A stretch of DNA of 43,689 nucleotides, counting the filler, from Catajapyx aquilonaris (Eukaryota): NCBI GenBank assembly GCA_000934665.2. It is 2 parts of 2 records of this genome, joined end to end, with 100 filler letters (N's around TTAATTAATTAA, not from the genome) between each part and the next. Parts side by side here need not be neighbours in the genome. Positions count along the whole stretch, not along the records: positions 21,876 to 43,689 come from JYFJ02005980.1; 1 more part is not named here. One strand, written 5' to 3'. Every line of letters begins with the position of its first letter. Position 1 is the first letter of the stretch. The translations under genes and the position numbers were made by a program. Positions 21,955 to 33,324 of this stretch are shown here, piece by piece. The notes beneath the pieces are model-generated. The model saw nothing but the letters and a program-made list of their open reading frames with translations, ran no database searches and was not told where the DNA came from.

Positions 21955-24530
21955 TTACGGCGATTTTTGGAAATTCATTTTACCAATTCTAGAAGTCGAA
22001 AATGGTTCCAAGCACATTCATAGTGTACAGCATGAACGTGTGTAAGTATAGCTGTTATTATTATTAGTAAAATCTCTTGTCCGTATCTTCAGAGTATGTG
22101 CAAGTTGAACAGAAGCAAATATCATCGCCTAGATCTGGTACTGAAGGGGTTAATAAGCCCTCTATAATAATCAGACATATCCCCCTTAATATGCGTTCAT
22201 AAAACCAGCTATTAATTTTGGAAACCAAAAACAAATGGAATAGTATCGTACAGAAATAATCGCTTAGATATAAGGAATGAGATTATTTTCCATCTTCTGG
22301 AAAAAGCCAGAGCACATCACATCTGAACACAACCCACTTGGGACAACCCATCATGATACGAACTGAAGGTTAGAAGAAGCTCAGCAAGAATCAGAGTTGT
22401 CATACGTCATGCATGCGATACAAGCTGTCTGGCAAATTATCATACGCATGGAATACAACTCCATGTCTGGCAGAGCTCCTAATAGTACTCAGCTAATTCA
22501 CTGATCTGTCTGGAGTGGGTGGCATTAAGATATGCTGGTGGTTGGGTGGGATCTGCCTTTGCCATAAGACAAAATATACATCTTCCTAAGTGAAATAATT
22601 GAAATCCCCCCAACTGTGACAGAGGCATAAAATGCACACCTTTGCCTCGTTTTCAACATACCACAGAGACACTTTTATTCAGGCATTCATGCAGCCAAAC
22701 TACCATACTGTCTAACAAGTTCTGCAATACCCTCGTCAAGGCTGGTGGTTTACGGTATAATGTGATGCGAATTTAACTGTCACCCAGATATTGTCAGCAA
22801 TCCAACAGGTTGGTTGATTACAGGAGCCAAAGTGACTAAGGCTATATGGGATAGGGGTTGGTGAGAGGGCAAAATAGATTTTTGGACTGTGGGGCAGATG
22901 TGGGAGAACCCAGAGAGAACCCACATGTACATGGAGAGAACCCCTTGAAACTAGGAGAGTTCAAATATGAACAGCAATTTAAATAGCACATATAAACAAC
23001 AACACATACACTGAAGCTGTATCCACCAGGTGATTCTCCTGATTGTGTACTACCTGGAACCCAATTTTGAGTCTTAACCTGTTGAGGGCGACGTCCATCA
23101 TATGATGGTTTGCGGATTTTTGAATTTGGAGCGCTAAAATGTGCACAAAGAATTCTAACTTTCTGGTTCCAAATTCGGTTCGATATACTCCTGCCATCTC
23201 CTGGATGGTGACTAAACTACCATGACATCCCTCACAATGCACTGGGCGGAAGTCAAGCTGAGTCAAACATGCCAAGGCCACGCAGCTGCCACGTCAAGTC
23301 TGAACCCTTGGGAGTTTCTCATAGTACAGTGTTGCAGTAATATTATGCAACTGAAAAGTGAGAGAATCAGCGAGAATATAGTCTGAAATTGTAACGGAAA
23401 CTGTCAAAGATGGTGTCCGAACCAACCCTGTGCATAATTGTAAGGACAGAGGTTGGAAAAGCAGAGAAGGGTAATGAGAAGGGTAAGAGAAGAGTCATAA
23501 AAGAAGGAAAAAGGTTACGAGGGTCGGCACCAGAGGGCACCAGTGCCTTGACATGGAGGGAAGTACTCATACACCCACTAGGGTCACAGGTGTCTGAAAG
23601 TACCGTTATTCCTATTTTCCGATTTTTCCAGCGTTAACCTGATTTTTAAGGATTAAAACAGCATACCTATTACAACCGCGGATGGCTGTCAAGTAAGGAC
23701 CAATTGTTAAAGCAAGTGCATCAACGGCTAGGTAAGCGATGCGGCGCAATTATATGTATATTATTTGAGGCACCCATAGGGTGGCCAAAAGGCTATAAGA
23801 GCACCCAAAAGAGTTGAATAAATCAGCCAATGCAGAGGCTGAGATGGAAGCTTCTAGCTGAAGTCGAAGCCAAGAGCCAAGAGCAGAGGAGTGGAAAAGA
23901 CTACTTTGTTTTCTTGACCCCTCTCCAGCCTCTTCCTCCACCTAAGCGCCTCTGGGCAGCTGGGTACCACACCTGACCCCACCTGAGCGCCTCCGGGCTG
24001 CTAAGAGGAAGACGCCTGACGACAGAAGCATGGCCCCAGCAGAGTCGCTGTATGGGAGCGATGACTGACCACGCCAGCGACGGCGCGACACCTAGCAACG
24101 TCAGCAAACAAAGCAGCCAGCATTTAAACCCCCCCCCCCCCCTTTCTCCTCCTGAATCAGTCAGATGCCCACCTCAACCCCCTCTTCACCCCTCACCCCT
24201 TTTCCGTTCCACCTTCCCAATTATTCCTAAGAAAATCCATGCCCGCTCCAACACCAACCCCCACCACCCCCACCTGTACTGACCCTTGCTAGAGCCTCTC
24301 TAACCCTTTTGGTTGTGAGTAGTTAATAGAAGTGAGGTTAGACACTTCAGGGTATCTCTAAGTCACATGAGAAATGGCCTACGAGGTGACGACTGTTCGA
24401 CTTGTAGATCATGTTCGGTGCCTTCGACGCGTTTTACGGGTGCCGAGGCGCTACCTGCCCCTCCTGGATGCTTTCATGAGATACAGGGAGTTACAGCATC
24501 CAACCACTTTTGTATACCGGTCTGCATATA

Positions 24531-24825
24531 CAGGGTGTTCCAAGTTCAAGGGTCGGTTTATTTATAACTGATATTGCCCAAAGTAGTTATTTTTTGTAGC
24601 TTGTTGCGCCTCTCATCCTAGATGGTCCCTCATCGGAGAGTGAAAATAACAGTTATTTAAATAGCTGTTGCTAAAAATACCTGCAAGGATCACCTCTCCC
24701 CAGAAGTTTGTCATACCTGGAAGTAAATTTGGGGCAACAGGATCGGGGTGCAACAAGCTACAAAAATAACTACTTTGGGCCATATTAGTTATAAATGAAA
24801 TGACTCACGAACTTGGAACATCCTA
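24531..24825. mobile_element. Tc1/mariner-derived MITE (family shared with 35513-35745)
   Basis: CAGGGTGTTCCAAGTTC / GAACTTGGAACATCCTA with TA flanks. Confidence 0.8.
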
Positions 24826-25729
24826 TATTGGTGAAGTAAGCAATTGATCTTTTACATCCTGCACCGTGCGATCACACATCTTCCGCGCCTCTACCTACTT
24901 GTATGCCAAAAATCGCACAGCACGATCACAAGGAATAACCCAGATCACGACCCAGCTCTACTGCCCTGAGGCCTTGCTCCATACTCATGAGTCATGAATG
25001 TCGCATTGTCCATCATCGCCTTCTCCTTCACTTGTTTACACCGGAAGGCATGTCATGCGCAGGCGCCGACTGTCAATGGTCATTATTAAGCAGTTTATAA
25101 TCGCACTGATTAGGTGAGGCAGCACTGGTTTGTAAAAAGCAGCTAATAGAACGACGAAAATGCCATCTTACACTGTACTGCTAAAAGCACCTACGCAGTT
25201 ACTAATTAATCAGTTCTGAATAGACGCTACTAGAGGAAAGATGAAAATTCGACACTTTGTTTAAAGTGGAACACAGAAGCTACTGGAAAGATGGAGCTAG
25301 TGCATTATAAAAAAGGGGGATCATGTTGAATGATGATGTGACCAGCATAGTTGAGTTACCTTTTTGCTTCTGTAATTAGCAAATTGCTGTTCATATTTGC
25401 ATGCTCTTGTATTTCCACATGAGAATCCTATAATATCGGACCTGGGGATCGACATGGAACCTCAGAGATGTAAGGCTGTGACGTGAGCCACTACACCACC
25501 ATCCACCCCCAACCCAAGAGGTGGTAGTTAGGTGAAAGGTCAGACTTGGATGGTGTTTCAAGACTGCCAGTGGTACAGCAGTGGTTTCATACACAGGACA
25601 CTGTCTTGTATGAGTGGGTATTCTAAAGTTTGCCTCACAGTGCATATAATATGTCTCTGACATCATGTTGCACAGCAGGTGAAGATATGCACATTTAGGG
25701 TGATGATGTCACAAGACTAGGGTTTCCTA

Positions 25730-25973
25730 CAGCCCCATGCAAATCCCACCCTTTCTATATGGTGACAGTAGTTTAATTACAGAGTCCCCGCTGGCGTTGC
25801 TCACTGGGGGAATCGGGCTGCCATGCGAATTTGGGCGGACGCCTTCTGAACCAACCTGAACCGTCAATCCTCCCAAGGGAACTACGAGCACTTGCCACGC
25901 CACCAGCGCCAAATTTCAGGGCTGTGGAGACTCTGTAATTAAACTTCCGTATAGTAGGAGTTGCGTGAGGCTG
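25730..25973. mobile_element. hAT MITE
   Basis: CAGCCCCATGCAA / TTGCGTGAGGCTG termini with a perfect 8-bp TSD GTTTCCTA. Confidence 0.8.
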
Positions 25974-26069
25974 GTTTCCTACACCAACTAAAGCTAAATT
26001 TTACTACCGAAGAATTTGAGACTATTTGTCAGAAATAAACCCTAGTAAGCCATTTCCAAAGAAACACTA

Positions 26070-26382
26070 CAGTAGGGACAAGATAACTCATGGGTTTTGG
26101 GAGGTGGCTCGTGTCCTTGGCAACCAAATAATTAACCTCGCCCCCTACCAGTTGACCGATCAGGATTCGATTTCAAAGGAGATGGGCGTTATGTTCTAAA
26201 CCCTTAAGAATGAGATGAGTTTGTTTACACTAACACGATTGGTGTAACCCAGCAGAGGGGAAATATTTCCCCACCAATCGTTCTAAATTCCATACAAAAA
26301 ACTCAGCAGGGGGCGGGGCTAATTATGGTCGCCAAGGACACAGGCCACTTCCCCAAATGCAAGAGTTATCTTGACCCTACTG
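26070..26382. mobile_element. Tc1/pogo-like MITE
   Basis: CAGTAGGGACAAGATAACTC / GAGTTATCTTGACCCTACTG with TA TSD. Confidence 0.8.
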
Positions 26383-26937
26383 TAGATGGGGATTCAATAC
26401 ATAAGCTAGTAATTTGGGGATCACAAGCAGCACTTCATGTACAGTAAGGAGCTTAATGATGGTGACAGACATGGTAAGGAGCTTCAACAGGTTCTGTGTA
26501 AAGTCTCCGAAGGTTGTCGTCAACATGAATGTATAGTAGCGGAACATCACAACCTTGACTTACTCAACCGTACAATGCAGTATATTTGTCAATGGTACTG
26601 CTGCTATGGCAACTACCAGTCGGGAGGGTAAATCTGACAAGATGAAGTTTTGACTCTTGGCGGGATGGGTAGCAAAGGTTGATCATGTTGCACTTTGCCT
26701 TATCAGTTACTTCATTACAGGGAACAAGCCTAGTATCTGACGCCTATTTCCTAAGTTGGACATTAGAAGTTAGTGCTCAGGATAAATGTCAACCTTTTGA
26801 AACCATGTCTAATCAATGGCAGCAACTTTGAAATCACAGATTTTCATGCTGGACAGAGTTAACTATTAAACCTAGTAAAATTGTGCATGCTGTAATCCAC
26901 ACATACATGCTCAAAGCAACAATAATTCACTGCTCAC

Positions 26938-27238
26938 CAAAGAAAGGCACACAGGGTGGGTTAATGGATCGAAGCTTCTCCTGGTATTTTTTGAGGTGGT
27001 CATCATGTAGTTCCCTGGCATCCTCCAAGGCTTTCTCCAGGCGTCCTGTGATGCTCTGGAAGGAGAGCTGTAGGCGGTGGACTGAAGCAGACCCCATGGC
27101 ACTCACTCCAGCAAGGACACCATTGAAGTTGTTCAACTCCTGCATCACCATTGTCACCTCAATAATGCGGGAAATCACTGCCACCCTCTCCTCAAAATTT
27201 GGTGTCTCCACTATTGTCTTCTCAAACCACCTTGTCAC
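26938..27238 (-). CDS. Sos: Son of sevenless exon (CDC25 RasGEF catalytic domain: VTRWFEK...LNNFNG...INPPCVPFF); last Sos exon in the window
   Basis: Acceptor TACTCAG| and donor G|GTGAGC. RasGEF motifs NNFN and PPCVPF. Confidence 0.95.
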
Positions 27239-27402
27239 CTGAGTAAAGAATCAATTGCATTTGTTTTTATGACTTTTAAACTGCAATTCAAGAGGGTGTT
27301 ATTGTAAAGCAAGAATAACATAAACACCATTGCAAAATGATCAGTCATGTTGATTAGTGCCACTAAATCTCTTTCCTTTGTACAAGCAACTTCTCGAAGG
27401 TA

Positions 27403-28170
27403 TTAGGTATAGTCAATAAGTTCCCGTCCCGGCCGGCTGGAGGCCGGCAGGTGACACGGAGACAGGTGCTGCTGTGGTTGGCTGTGAGGTACATTAGCAG
27501 TCACCAATCTGGCCAAGAGTGAACTCGGTGTGCTGCGTAATAGCTGCGGTACAGTTGAAAAATGTCGTTCACCATATCAGGCGCGTCCAAGGCGGACGAA
27601 CGGGCAGTAATTCAGTTCCTGTGTGCAGAGGGAGCGGGACCGAAGGAGATTCATACACGCATGAAGGCTGTGTATGGAGACACTTGCGTGGCGTACTCGA
27701 CAGTGAAGGACTGGGTACGCCATTTCCGCAGTGGTCGACAAGGCGCTTGTCCATCGACAAGATTGCTGAGCAGGCTTGCATCGTTGGAGGCGGTAACAGG
27801 TCGGCCTGACCGTGCCATGTCCGATGTGCCTTGTCGAAAACTGCGGAAATTGCGTACCCAGTCCTTCACTGTCGAGTACGCCACGCAAGTGTCACCATAC
27901 ACAGCCCTCATGCGTGTATGAATCTCCTTCGGTCCCGCTCCCTCTGCACACAGGAACTGAATTACTGCCCGTTCGTCCGCCTTGGACGCGCCTGATATGG
28001 TGAACGACATTTTTCGACTGTGTACCGCAGCTATTACGCAGCGCACCGAGTTCACTCTTGGCCAGGTTGGTGACTGCTAATGTACTTCACAGCCAACCAC
28101 AGCAGCACCTGTCTCCGTGTCACCTGCCGGCCTCCAGCCGGCCGGGACGGGAACTTATTGACTATACTAA
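27403..28170. mobile_element. Palindromic mariner derivative: two inverted copies of the 5' end (TIR + HTH coding region)
   Basis: Arms 27403-27744 and 27828-28170 are nearly identical. Both encode MSFTISGASKADERAVIQFLCAEG...EIHTRM.AVYGD...VKDWVR.F; TA flanks. Confidence 0.92.
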
Positions 28171-28172
28171 TA

Positions 28173-28515
28173 GATAGATTAGATTAGATTGTGGGTAATG
28201 CTTTCACCCCTTACGGGGTATATCGCATGAACCTTTATTTTCCAGTTTTTTTCTCTTAACTTCACTCCGGTGCAAGGAATCAAGGAAATTGGGTAGGGAT
28301 AGGGATTTATCGGGGAGGGGACACGGGTGCATGTGCAATGTCGTTAAACGGGTCATGTGCAGTCCCCCAGGAGGCTAGGTTGCCAGACACCTCCTTGGTG
28401 CAGGTCAGAGACCCTCCTGATGCAGGTGAAAGGAAAGTTCCCCAGGCGGGGATCGAACCTGGGGCCTTTCACTCAGCAAGCCGAGACGTTACTATCTCGG
28501 TCACCACACCTCCCC
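28173..28515 (-). mobile_element. tRNA-derived SINE, head type B, (AATCT)n tail
   Basis: B box GGTTCGATCCC; 13-bp TSD GACTATACTAATA duplicating the mariner terminus. Confidence 0.88.
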
Positions 28516-28539
28516 GACTATACTAATATAATGGATTAC

Positions 28540-28975
28540 GACCGAAGCAGTAGTGGTGTAGTGGATATGGTGTCCGACTGCTAATCGGAAGGTCCTGGGT
28601 TCGAGTCCCGGAGGCCGGCGGTCCTGACCTTGGTTTTCTGTGGTTTTCCAAGGTCACTCCAGGGAAATCCCGGGATCGTACCGTTAAATAGGCCACAGCC
28701 GCTTCCTTCCTTTCCCTGGGGGAGGCGCGGTGTTCGGTGGGGGGCTTCCGGCCGCGCCTAGGGGGGTGTCTAAGCTTGGCCCCCTGAGGGACTGCACACG
28801 GCCCCCACCACAGGACAATGCACTGCACCTTTGTTCCTCCCTCCCTATACCTTCCCTGTCCCTGCACCGGTGAGATTGTAAAAAGTTAGAAAAATGGAGG
28901 AGATCTCCTCCCCCTGCATTGACCAATTGGTCTCAAGGGGGATACCAAATAAATAAAAATAAATAAAAATAAATA
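28540..28975 (+). mobile_element. Full-length tRNA-derived SINE, head type C, with a conserved insect SINE central domain (Lm1/Talua-like)
   Basis: A/B boxes; GGTTTTCTGTGGTTTTCC...TAGGCCACAGCCGCTTCCTTCC; (AAATAA)n tail; TSD AATATAATG(G/T)ATTAC. Confidence 0.88.
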
Positions 28976-29310
28976 AATATAATGTATTACATAATGGATT
29001 TTAGACTGGAGTTGGGGTTGACTCCTGTTCATATACATAATGGCACTTCAGATGAATTGGAGCCCAAGTCAATCCTGGTCAGGTAGATTAGTCATATGCA
29101 ACCCGAACAATGTTTATTACTGTGAGGGAATTCTAAAATCGCGGGGCAAGTGTGGGACTAAGCACCACGTGCATATTTTAATTATTTTTCGTAGCACCCA
29201 CATAGATGAATGTTATGCAATAGGCCACTTTGAAAGTCAATAAGGTAAGGTATAGGTAATTCCACTGTAACTGATGCAACACCTAGAAAGGGATTCATGC
29301 TGTACTTATA

Positions 29311-29974
29311 CAGGGTGAAGGAAAACTCGCTTACAATCGCTAGGTAATCTTATAGTACTCGCAAAACTAATATAGGGATGTGCAATTAGTTTTGGGCTGC
29401 GTTGCATAGTTACTGCGTAGGCGCCGTCAAAGTTTCGTGACGTGACGTCACGTCTGTTCCGCCAGCTTCTAATAAGCAAAAGTCAGCTCGAGGGCCTCCG
29501 GTCCCTTGCCATGGTCCCTTAACACAGTGGTTCCCAACCGGGGGGTTGCAAGCCTGGTTCAACTTTTTGTTTTGCAATTTCTCTGTCAATTGAACCAATT
29601 TTTGCGGCCATACAGAGTGTATGTTTTCTGGAAAGGGGACAGTTGTAGGGCGGGTCGGGGGAGGGGAGGAAGGGGTGTCGCACATTTATGGAAACATATT
29701 TTGGGGGTCAGAGTTGGTAAAAGGTTGAAAACCACTGCCCTAAGACATCGTCCATGTGCCAAAGGCGATCAAATCCCGTCAGAGTAAGAATTCGGGTACA
29801 ACACCCATGCACCTTGTCGTTTTTGCCTCATATTCCACCATCTGGCCCTCTACGCTTTAAGGGCACTGTATGCATTAACTACGCAACGGAGCCAAAAACT
29901 AATACATCCCTATATTAGTTTAGCGAGTACTATAAGTCTACCTGGCGATTGTACGCGAGTTTCCCTTCACCCTG
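29311..29974. mobile_element. Tc1/mariner-derived MITE
   Basis: CAGGGTGAAGGAAAACTCGC / GCGAGTTTCCCTTCACCCTG, with ~105-bp arms and TA TSD. Confidence 0.85.
29525..29737. mobile_element. hAT (Charlie-like) MITE nested in the preceding MITE
   Basis: CAGTGGTTCCCAACC / GGTTGAAAACCACTG; TSD CCTTAACA/CCCTAAGA. Confidence 0.75.
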
Positions 29975-30181
29975 TATTTATTTCAATGGCAAATGTTAAT
30001 GGAAAAGGCATTTGAAATTATTCCCATGTGACTGTTATTTATTATTGCCATGTTTTATTTATTTATTTATTATTTATTTAAGTTTAAAAATTTAAAATTC
30101 AACTTTAAAATTTTACTTATTTATTGCCATATTTTTAGAATTTCCCAACAGTTACTTTAATGGACTCTGTAAAATATTAAT

Positions 30182-31772
30182 GGGTCATCCATGTCAATCC
30201 TGTAGATGGTGGTGGCTCGACCCCTTCTGAAGTAATTGAAAAAATTCAGCTAGGTAGGGATCCGGACCTTATTGTGAAATCCTAAATTTGAGATCGCTGG
30301 AGTCAAATCCCATGAAAATATGTCAATGGAAACTTCAACAATGACGTCCATATTAAGTATTTTAAGGGCGCTGGATATCTATGTGATTTTTTTCAGAATC
30401 GCAGGCCAAGTTTGGCTCCATCATGGGTGCAGTGTTCTCTTTGTACCGCAGGCATCTCGCTGGAGGTGCATACCTGAAATTTTCATAGAATGGCGAGGAA
30501 GGTCCAATTGAGCCCCCGACGAAGTTTCGAACCATTATAATAATAATTGCGAGAGCTACGAGGGGAGGACTTTAAAAAAAACGGCTCACGACATCTTGGC
30601 TTCGGATTAAAATTTGGGAAATATCTCGATGGTCTGCGATGGCAAACGTATTCCTCTCTTAATCCTCCAAAGCGCGATTAGTTTGGGCTATTGGTTTTTG
30701 CACAGCTATTTAAACCATTTCACCACCTCGCCTTGTAAAATCGGAGGGAGCACTTCCCAAAATAGAACAGTTGGTTCCTGTTGCCCACGCACTTTTTAAG
30801 TTATTTAGCCCGAACCGGTTCCCTGGAAATCTGGACAGGGAACCAACTGTTCTATTTTCGGAAGTACTCCCTTCCATTTTACAAGGCGAGGTGGTGAAAT
30901 GGTTTAAATAGCTGTGCAAAATCAATAGCCCAAACTAATCGCACTTTGGAGGATTAAGAGAGGAATACGGTGGCCATCACTGACCGTCGAGATATTTCCC
31001 AAATTCGAAACAGGAGCCAAGATGTCGTGAGCCGGTTTTCAAAAACTCCTCCCCTTGTAGATCTCGCAATTATTACTCTAATGGATCGAAACTCTGTCGG
31101 AGGCTCAATTGGACCTTCATCACCATGTTGTGAAAATTTCAGGTCCATACCTCCAGCGAGTCGCCCGCATTGACGGTGCAAAGAGAACGCTGCACCCGCG
31201 ACTTGGCCAAACTTGGCCCGCGATTCTGAAAAATCGCGTAGGTATCCAGCACCCTTAACTGTTCAGACTGTTCTCCCAACACAAACATGTTATACAGGGT
31301 GTAAATGAAATGATTTCAACCGACAAACTTCCAGGGGTAATAGAGGGGACCAAGACAAACAAATTTCATATAGGAACCCATGTCCGGAAAAGCATCTGGT
31401 GCTCCCGTTCGTTGTCTATATCCTAAATATCACTTTGTTAAAATCATAATGTTATGAGTTACGGCTATAGGGAATATAAAGTGATTTACACATATATTTG
31501 CGATTTTTTTTCAATGTCGTTTTTCGAGTTGAGTTGAATATTTTTTAACCATGTTATTCCTCCCCGAACAGTCTGAACAGTTAAAAATACTTTATATGGA
31601 CGTCACTGTTGAACTTTCCATTGTTATATCTTCGTGAGATTTGACTCAGGTGACCTCAAATTTAGGATTTCGCAATAAGGTAAGGATCCCTCCCTACCTG
31701 ATTTTCTACAATTATGGAAGGAGTCAAGCCACAACTTTTCGGAATATTTACAGAATTGAGGTGAAATGATCC
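30182..31772. mobile_element. Large foldback DNA element, Sola-like (4-bp TSD TAAT)
   Basis: ~600-bp inverted arms centred near 30810; termini GGGTCATCCATGTCAA / TTGAGGTGAAATGATCC; TAAT on both sides. Confidence 0.75.
31259..31580. mobile_element. TTAA-site MITE inserted in the right arm of the foldback
   Basis: TIR CTGTTCAGACTGTTC / GAACAGTCTGAACAG. TTAA is duplicated, while the left arm has a single TTAA at the equivalent site. Confidence 0.8.
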
Positions 31773-31789
31773 TAATATTGAGGGGGGCA

Positions 31790-32141
31790 GAGGTCAAAAA
31801 TCGGTGGTCGGAATTTGACCTCTGCCCCCCTCCAATATGGGTCACAAGGTCATTTTTATCAGGTAACTATAGGTGCGTTTGTCATACCTTGGGGTGGGCT
31901 ACCAATGCACAGAATTTCAAGAAACTCGGTGAGGTTGGAATTTGACCTTTGCCCCACTCAGAAATGGGTCACAGGGTCATTTTGAGGTCACTATAGGTGC
32001 GTTTGTCATCCCTTGGGGTGGGTTACCAATGCGCCGAATTTCAAGAAAATCGATGAGGTTGGAATTTTACGAGTTGAAAAATGTCCCAAGCTGGCAGGGC
32101 AAATCTCAAGACATCATATGATGTCTGTAGGCATCAAAGGG
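31790..32141. repeat. ~120-bp tandem duplication ending in a piggyBac-like terminus (AAAGGG|TTAA)
   Basis: Two copies of GGAATTTGACCT...ACTATAGGTGCGTTTGTCAT...GAATTTCAAGAAA. Confidence 0.65.
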
Positions 32142-32355
32142 TTAAGAGAAGATTGACTCATCAGAAAGTACAAGTACAATCTTGTTACTAAATGTTTAAC
32201 CAATTTCATCTGAAATGTGACCTTGATCATTCTATATTTCAAGCCTTCGTTTCATAAAGCCATTGTTTGTTATCACACACTATCCCTAATTCAAGATTGC
32301 TGTTTTGCTTGAACACTTCCATACATATAAAACATTATTAAATTTTTAAACCCAC

Positions 32356-32511
32356 ATTTGTGGTGTGCTTGATCATCTTGAGGAGGTTGGGTGACCTCTG
32401 TTCCTTGTCTGGCTTGGTCCATGCCTTTCCCACAAGCTCAGATGGCTTCACTGCTTTGTACAGGTCAAATTCAAGGAGGGTTAACTGTCGAGCCAGCTCT
32501 ATTGGATGGAA
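32356..32511 (-). CDS. Sos: Sos exon (start of CDC25 domain: [26 protein letters not shown]...[13 protein letters not shown])
   Basis: Translated by hand. CCATAG| acceptor and |GTGGGT donor; 156 nt, phase 0-0. Confidence 0.95.
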
Positions 32512-32881
32512 CTATGGAAAAGAAAACACTTGCATTAAAATGATTAACACAAGCATCTATATAATTATAGTCCATGTCAAGTAAGCTTAGGTTTTCAAAA
32601 TTCGGAAGGGGGGAGATGGCACTCAGCATATTATTAATAATATATTATCTTATTAAATACAACACTTATAAAGTGTTTCACAAGAGCATAAAGCCCTTGC
32701 GAATGACTGCTAATGGACAAGACAAAGGCGGTGGAGCTCTATTGCACTCCTTTTACCTAATCTCAGAAGAAATTATAGTTATACACACATTAACAGTACA
32801 TTAAATATCACCCAAATGGCTATCTTAATAACAGGCTAATGAAGGACATGTGGTATGCAAAATAAATAATCTATTACATAC

Positions 32882-32995
32882 CGTTAGAATATTCCATTCT
32901 TCCACAGGATATAGCTTCTCATTGTGCACCTCATATGGAGGAGGTGATCGATCAAAGCCAAACATGATCTCCCTCTGATCATCTCTCATGTCAGA
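32882..32995 (-). CDS. Sos: Sos exon (REM-CDC25 linker: SDMRDDQREIMFGFDRSPPPYEVH...WNILT)
   Basis: TTTTGCAG| acceptor and |GTATGT donor; 114 nt, phase 0-0. Confidence 0.88.
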
Positions 32996-33078
32996 CTGCA
33001 AAAAAATGCAGCACATAACAGGTCATGGATGATCAATGTTTAATATGATAATGTGATAATATGATAAAATTTTCTGAC

Positions 33079-33244
33079 CTTGGTGACCTTCCTCTGGATG
33101 TTCTTTAGCATTGAGTCAACCCATTTTCTCATGGATTTCCCATTCACAGTGTCTAGGAAGCTCTGCAGCTTTTGTAGCAAACTGGGGTCGCGCTCAAAGT
33201 CATAAAAATGGTGGTCCACCCAATGCCTCAGAACGTTGAGTACC
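33079..33244 (-). CDS. Sos: Sos exon (REM domain: [19 protein letters not shown]...MRKWV); 3' end at 33079 or 33088
   Basis: Conserved RVLNV.RHWV.HHFYDF. The phase-2 start matches the preceding exon; two tandem donors. Confidence 0.92.
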
Positions 33245-33324
33245 CTGTCAAGAAATGGAACTTTGCATAAGGTTGCTAAATTCAAAAACTAATTCAAACT
33301 GTGGCAACATTAATTTACACAATT

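Noticed and set aside
16162..27238. Sos-PKC fusion or nested gene (same strand, apparently consecutive exons)
   Set aside because: An artificial spacer separates them, and the phases are incompatible (the Sos exon ends in phase 1, the PKC exon starts in phase 0).
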